A stretch of 31,299 nucleotides of DNA, from contig JBHLSH010000047.1 of the NCBI GenBank assembly GCA_048881705.1, positions 1 through 31,299 on the forward strand, read 5' to 3'. Source of the DNA: Candidatus Heimdallarchaeota archaeon. GTDB lineage: Archaea > Asgardarchaeota > Heimdallarchaeia > Hodarchaeales > Hodarchaeaceae. The position numbers were made by a program, and so were the translations under genes. Shown here piece after piece: positions 27,197 to 31,299 of this stretch (within the stretch, counting starts at the first letter, position 1; each line of letters opens with the position of its first letter). The notes under the pieces were generated by a model, which saw only the letters and a program-made list of their open reading frames with translations, was not told where the DNA came from and did no database searches.

Positions 27197-28615
27197 ATGC
27201 GTTATCGAAAAACTGTTTTTAATCTAATGTTTGTAACTCTTGTCTCTTTTTCTTTGATTCAGGTGTTCTCCTACCAACATGCAGAATCAGGAGAAGTTAA
27301 TGCATTTTCAACAAATATACTCCTTTCCACCGAAGATATTATCTATCCACAGCATGTAGAACCTACATTGGCGATTTCTACAAATGGAACTCTGTTTGCA
27401 GGTTGGAAACAAGCCTACACGCATGATGGAGGGGGAGTTCGGGTCAGTTTTACCAAATCATCTGATGGTGGGGCTACATGGTCTTCCCCGTTTGATATGC
27501 CCAAGTTTCAGGGAATGAACACGGGCCAATCCGATCCATGGTTAGTTTGGCATAATGAAACTTTGTTTTATGCATACTTAGAGTATGAACTGAACCAACC
27601 ACTTGAAACCGCTTGGTCCCAAATCACAGTGGCAAAAAGTCAAGATTATGGAAAGACGTGGAATCCAGTAACAGCAACATATGGGGAAGGATTTGCGGAC
27701 AAAGAAACAATGGCTATTAGTTCCTCTGGCGTAATTTATGTTGCCTATGATGACATCGTTGGTGAGAATGTTACAGTCCGAGTAAGTCGTTCAGATGATG
27801 TCGGTATGACTTTTTCAGAGGTCGGAGTGATAACTGATTCAGTTACCGAGCCTGTAGATCACCTATCGCCTTACATAACGACAGATAGCCAAGGAAATGT
27901 CTATGTCGCTTGGATATGGTATACCGAAGCCAATTGGGGGGATATATACGTAGTAAAATCGCAAGATCAAGGCCAAACCTTCTCGGTTGAAGCCGATATT
28001 AATCCGAATGATCAAAATGCCTCAATTACCATAGCGGATGACCGTGTATCGCGCGCCTCCTTACCAGCCCTTAGGTTCCATGATGAAAGGCTATTTGTAT
28101 CATGGTGCGCAAGAGTTGAAGAAGCTGGAGGATGGGATGTATATCTTCGATATTCTGATGACTATGGCGCGACTTGGAGCAATAGAATACGTGTTAATCC
28201 AGAAACAGAGGGAGACCAATGGCAACCCGACTTTGACATTGATACGATGGGACGGGTTCACTACGTATGGTTAGATGAACAAGGGAATTCATTTCGGCCA
28301 TATTATAGGATGATCTCTATTTCGAACCAGGGTAGTTCCCCAACGCTTGGTCCAGTCGTACCCATTGCTAGTGCTAGTACGTTAAACACTTTCACAAGAC
28401 CTGGGGATTACTTTACTGTCCGTGTGGATGGCACTGACACTCCCCATGTTGTATGGACGGACGGTCGAGAGAGTGAAATGGATGTTTATTATAGCCATGG
28501 TATCCATGAAGAGACTACAACCAATACAACTCCCACAAGCTTCTATCTTTTTGTACCTTTCATTTTGGCAATGGTAGTGGGTCTAAAAAGGATAAGCGTG
28601 CGTTTCAAATCCTAA
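27197..28615 (+). CDS. BNR/Asp-box (sialidase-like) beta-propeller surface protein with C-terminal membrane anchor
   Basis: Five Asp-boxes (SSDGGATWS, SQDYGKTWN, SDDVGMTFS, SQDQGQTFS, SDDYGATWS), N-terminal signal, Thr-rich linker + TM + basic tail. Substrate not assignable. Confidence 0.87.
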   Translation: MRYRKTVFNLMFVTLVSFSLIQVFSYQHAESGEVNAFSTNILLSTEDIIYPQHVEPTLAISTNGTLFAGWKQAYTHDGGGVRVSFTKSSDGGATWSSPFDMPKFQGMNTGQSDPWLVWHNETLFYAYLEYELNQPLETAWSQITVAKSQDYGKTWNPVTATYGEGFADKETMAISSSGVIYVAYDDIVGENVTVRVSRSDDVGMTFSEVGVITDSVTEPVDHLSPYITTDSQGNVYVAWIWYTEANWGDIYVVKSQDQGQTFSVEADINPNDQNASITIADDRVSRASLPALRFHDERLFVSWCARVEEAGGWDVYLRYSDDYGATWSNRIRVNPETEGDQWQPDFDIDTMGRVHYVWLDEQGNSFRPYYRMISISNQGSSPTLGPVVPIASASTLNTFTRPGDYFTVRVDGTDTPHVVWTDGRESEMDVYYSHGIHEETTTNTTPTSFYLFVPFILAMVVGLKRISVRFKS

Positions 28616-28635
28616 GATGAATATAGAACGAGACA

Positions 28636-28658
28636 AGGTTCCTCAAGGATAGGAACCT
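28636..28658. terminator. 8-bp perfect hairpin after the Asp-box gene
   Basis: aggttcct-caaggat-aggaacct, 21 nt after the stop at 28615. Confidence 0.4.
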
Positions 28659-28861
28659 CTTCCTCCAATACAGAAATGATCTTTTTATGGTTGTATTCTG
28701 CGAGGATATTGCGTAGTCAATCGATTTAGGGACAAACTTTAAATCAGCAAGTTTTTAAGGAAGTCGTCCCTCATTAGACTGATTACTTTCAGAAAGATAT
28801 TAGTAATTTAGTTCTTCCTATTTTAACTTCTACTTCATTATATCACGCTTATAACTTACTA

Positions 28862-29383
28862 ATGGTGTATAAATTGAGTTTCTTCAAAAAACTATTTGCA
28901 AAACCAAAAACTAAAACAGTAAGAGCAGATTCTGATCTCGAATTACAAGAAAAGATTAGACAGAAGAGTGAAACGCCAGATAGTTCAGCTCCAATAACCA
29001 GGGGACGCGGAGGAATTAGCCTAAAAGATCACACCAACTTATTAGAAAAGCGACTAAATCAACCTGAAACACGGCAAAATCCCCCGAAACATATCGAAGT
29101 TATTCGTGCTTTGGCGGCTAATTACGTAAAACTAGGAAATCTTGAGGACTTTGGATACTTTGCAAAAGCTGAGAACCTCTATAAACAAATGAATGTTCTT
29201 TATCCTCTCCATATGGAAAAGATCGATTGGGTTAATTGGATCGAAACATCAGCTAGAGCAAAACTGATTCGGGAGGCCCGCCGCCTACTAACAGAAGCCC
29301 GCCTGCTGTTTCCAGGTGATGAAGAATTTGACCGTATTGAAACAACGGTTTTACATATCACTCAAACTGAAACAACTGGATAA
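28862..29383 (+). CDS. Hypothetical protein: N-terminal amphipathic segment, disordered linker, TPR-like helices
   Basis: LSFFKKLFAKPK at the N-terminus; ALAANYVKLGN..AKAENLYKQM and AKLIREARRLLTEARLLFPGDEEF resemble TPR helices. Confidence 0.7.
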   Translation: MVYKLSFFKKLFAKPKTKTVRADSDLELQEKIRQKSETPDSSAPITRGRGGISLKDHTNLLEKRLNQPETRQNPPKHIEVIRALAANYVKLGNLEDFGYFAKAENLYKQMNVLYPLHMEKIDWVNWIETSARAKLIREARRLLTEARLLFPGDEEFDRIETTVLHITQTETTG

Positions 29384-29421
29384 ACGGGACAAATAGCTTC
29401 CTTCCGGGTCAGAGATAAAGT

Positions 29422-30672
29422 TCATTGTGTAACATCAGTTTCTGGAAAAGGACCTGATTTCGGGTCGGACTCTCCCCTATAAAACAGTAATGCGATTATG
29501 ATTCCAATAAAGCCAATGAAAGATCCAACCCCAAAATTAGGTTGTATCTTCCCCGACCCTGATGCAAAATAGGCTCCTATCAGAGTTCCGGCGGCAATTC
29601 CAACGTAGTTTGAAGATCCAAGAAAACCCATATAACGTCCTCTGTTTTTCTCCGTTGTGTTTTCCGCAATAACCAGGGGAGATAGAATAAAAAAGATTGA
29701 ATAGATCGGGATGGTGTATAATATTAGCATCAAAAAGCGGTCAATTGTGGATAAGATGAACGTACCAAGTGCCAGAAAAAAATAGAGAAACATGGCCAAA
29801 ATTACAAGGGAGCGGGAAGAAATTCTGTTCACGAATTTTCCCATCAAAAATGTACCTCCCATGCCAAAGAGGGTAGCAAGTGTATTTACTATTCCAACCC
29901 ATGCGACAGACAATCCTGCCTCCTGTTCCAAAAAAATCGAATACAAGCCAGCAACCATGCTATTCGTTACCTGAGAGATGATTGTCAATAAAAGTAGAAT
30001 ATAAATCAGGTATAGGGATCCTTTATACTCTCGAACAGAAGATTCTATCCTATTGCCTGGATTAAGGGAGCGAGTCAACTCTATTGGCGAAATTTGCTTT
30101 TCCTGAAGTCCAAGACTAAGCAATACGGACACGCACGAGATTATCCCTGCCCAAAGAAATAAAGATTGCAGTCCCATATTATCAATTGTAAGAGAAGTAA
30201 ATAAGCTTCCCAATAAAAACCCCAAACTGGCCATAACTCCTAACCTGCCAAACTTCTCGGCCCGTTCCCCCTCTGGGGAATTAATTGTTGCCAAACGGAT
30301 AAATGCGGGTCCAAAAGCGGCAATAAAGAAATTAAAAAATAGATACGCCCAAAAAAAAGGAACTGCACTCTGAATTATCCAGTATACAAAAAAAGATAGC
30401 GCCATTACAACGAGACTCATAAAGATCACTCGTTTAGATCCCCATAGATCACTTAACCAGCCAAAGAAGGAAGTAGAGAAAATTTGAAGTAGATATGGAA
30501 TGCTGATCAGCAATCCTGCTCCCCAAATGTCTCCTTCCGACAGAATAAAGAAATACCAACCAACAAAAGGAGCAGCCACGGCAAAAGGAAAATGGAAAGA
30601 CGCATAGAGTATTTCATCTAGCGTAACGAACCTTTTATTAGAAAAATTTAAGGAGACCAGGGAAACTACCAA
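29422..30672 (-). CDS. MFS transporter
   Basis: FFGWLSDLWGSKR motif A, GERAEKFG and KNRGRYMG loops, ~12 TM segments. Confidence 0.92.
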   Translation of the reverse strand: MVVSLVSLNFSNKRFVTLDEILYASFHFPFAVAAPFVGWYFFILSEGDIWGAGLLISIPYLLQIFSTSFFGWLSDLWGSKRVIFMSLVVMALSFFVYWIIQSAVPFFWAYLFFNFFIAAFGPAFIRLATINSPEGERAEKFGRLGVMASLGFLLGSLFTSLTIDNMGLQSLFLWAGIISCVSVLLSLGLQEKQISPIELTRSLNPGNRIESSVREYKGSLYLIYILLLLTIISQVTNSMVAGLYSIFLEQEAGLSVAWVGIVNTLATLFGMGGTFLMGKFVNRISSRSLVILAMFLYFFLALGTFILSTIDRFLMLILYTIPIYSIFFILSPLVIAENTTEKNRGRYMGFLGSSNYVGIAAGTLIGAYFASGSGKIQPNFGVGSFIGFIGIIIALLFYRGESDPKSGPFPETDVTQ

Positions 30673-30798
30673 GGGAGAGTTCTATAACCTTTAATAGATA
30701 ACGGTTTTGGTTGTTAAAAATTGGTTAATTAAAGTAGATGCAAAGGGTAAGATCGTTGCCTTGTTTGTTTCCCATTTATTGACAGTGAAAATTACGCC

Positions 30799-31299
30799 TT
30801 ATTTCCAGATTTTTAGAAAAACACGTTCTAGATTCCCTCCCATGATTTTGCCAATATCGTGTTTACCAAAACCTTCTTTCTCGAGGGATACAGGAAGCTC
30901 CTTCATCTTGCTTACATCTTCCAATCCACGAGGAGTCATCGAAATTCCATCGAAATCGGAACCCACTCCAACATGTTTAACTCCAACAAGATCTGTAACA
31001 TAAGATATATGGGCAATTACATCGTTTATCGATGCGCTGCTAGGATCGACCCCGTGGACTAAGAATTTATTATAAAAATTGATTCCAATGACGCCATCTG
31101 CGCTGGCAATTGATTCTATTTGATCATCCAGAAGGTTACGAGGAATAGGACATATTTTATGTGCATTTGAGTGGGAGGCTATGAAAGGTTTTGTGGAAGT
31201 TTTGACTACATCTTCGAACCCTGGCTTATTCAAATGTGAAACATCGAGGATTATCCCTAAATCTTCCATGACTGGAATCAATTCCAATCCCTGCTGAGA
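30799..31299 (-). CDS. Membrane dipeptidase (peptidase M19), 5'-truncated by the window edge
   Basis: IILDVSHL, IASHSNA, RNLLDDQI, HVGVGSDFDG. The frame stays open to base 31299 (SQQGLELIP...). Confidence 0.93.
   Translation of the reverse strand, partial: SQQGLELIPVMEDLGIILDVSHLNKPGFEDVVKTSTKPFIASHSNAHKICPIPRNLLDDQIESIASADGVIGINFYNKFLVHGVDPSSASINDVIAHISYVTDLVGVKHVGVGSDFDGISMTPRGLEDVSKMKELPVSLEKEGFGKHDIGKIMGGNLERVFLKIWK

Noticed and set aside
2897-31062. Short ORFs in the track overlapping larger genes (e.g. 2897-3079, 3141-3329, 6987-7181, 8339-8545, 9596-9844, 10376-10576, 10765-10995, 12667-13587 set, 15186-15937 set, 17243-17706, 20056-20268, 21690-21893, 23194-23388, 25019-25285, 25898-26125, 28038-28274, 29792-29974, 30707-31062)
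   Set aside because: Shadow or alternate-frame ORFs of well-supported genes, with no independent motifs.
1-31299. Genome-wide TAG-to-pyrrolysine recoding
   Set aside because: TAG ends several ORFs at natural C-termini (2582, 6098, 16104, 20968, 26663); only one suspicious internal TAG was seen.
1-31299. CRISPR array, IS/transposase, integrase, rRNA or tRNA genes
   Set aside because: None detected by eye. The 36-bp repeat has only two copies 1.67 kb apart, which is not array-like, and no cas or recombinase gene is present.

Overview
Gene-dense window with unusually long intergenic gaps, from what is very probably an Asgard archaeon (Heimdallarchaeia/Hodarchaeales-like). This assignment is inferred from a RagA/Gtr1-type GTPase with a C-terminal roadblock-like domain, a Rab-like GTPase, a longin-like domain, a geranylgeranyl reductase, an LRR protein and surface proteins with C-terminal TM+basic tails. 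About 24 CDS are supported: a 5'-truncated 29-aa-repeat protein, DUF998, Rag GTPase, ICMT/PEMT-family protein, CMD/AhpD-like protein, M20/M24/M19 peptidases, LRR protein, Rab-like GTPase, three membrane-anchored surface proteins, flavin reductase, aldo/keto reductase, GGR, three MFS proteins, a class II CCA-type nucleotidyltransferase and an SPL-like radical SAM enzyme. I found no rRNA, tRNA, CRISPR array or transposase. The most interesting observations are: (1) an MFS transporter fused to a longin-like domain, a candidate transceptor, in a region that also carries Rag, Rab and several peptidases; (2) an in-frame TAG splitting what reads as one LRR protein; (3) a 36-bp direct repeat with a variable 5-nt core flanking the Rag gene; (4) a frameshifted Rab-like relic missed by the ORF track; (5) a class II CCA enzyme in an archaeon; (6) a radical SAM enzyme with a PolX 8-kDa-like tail; (7) a structured 75-nt intergenic element. 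All family calls are by eye from motifs; no searches were run.
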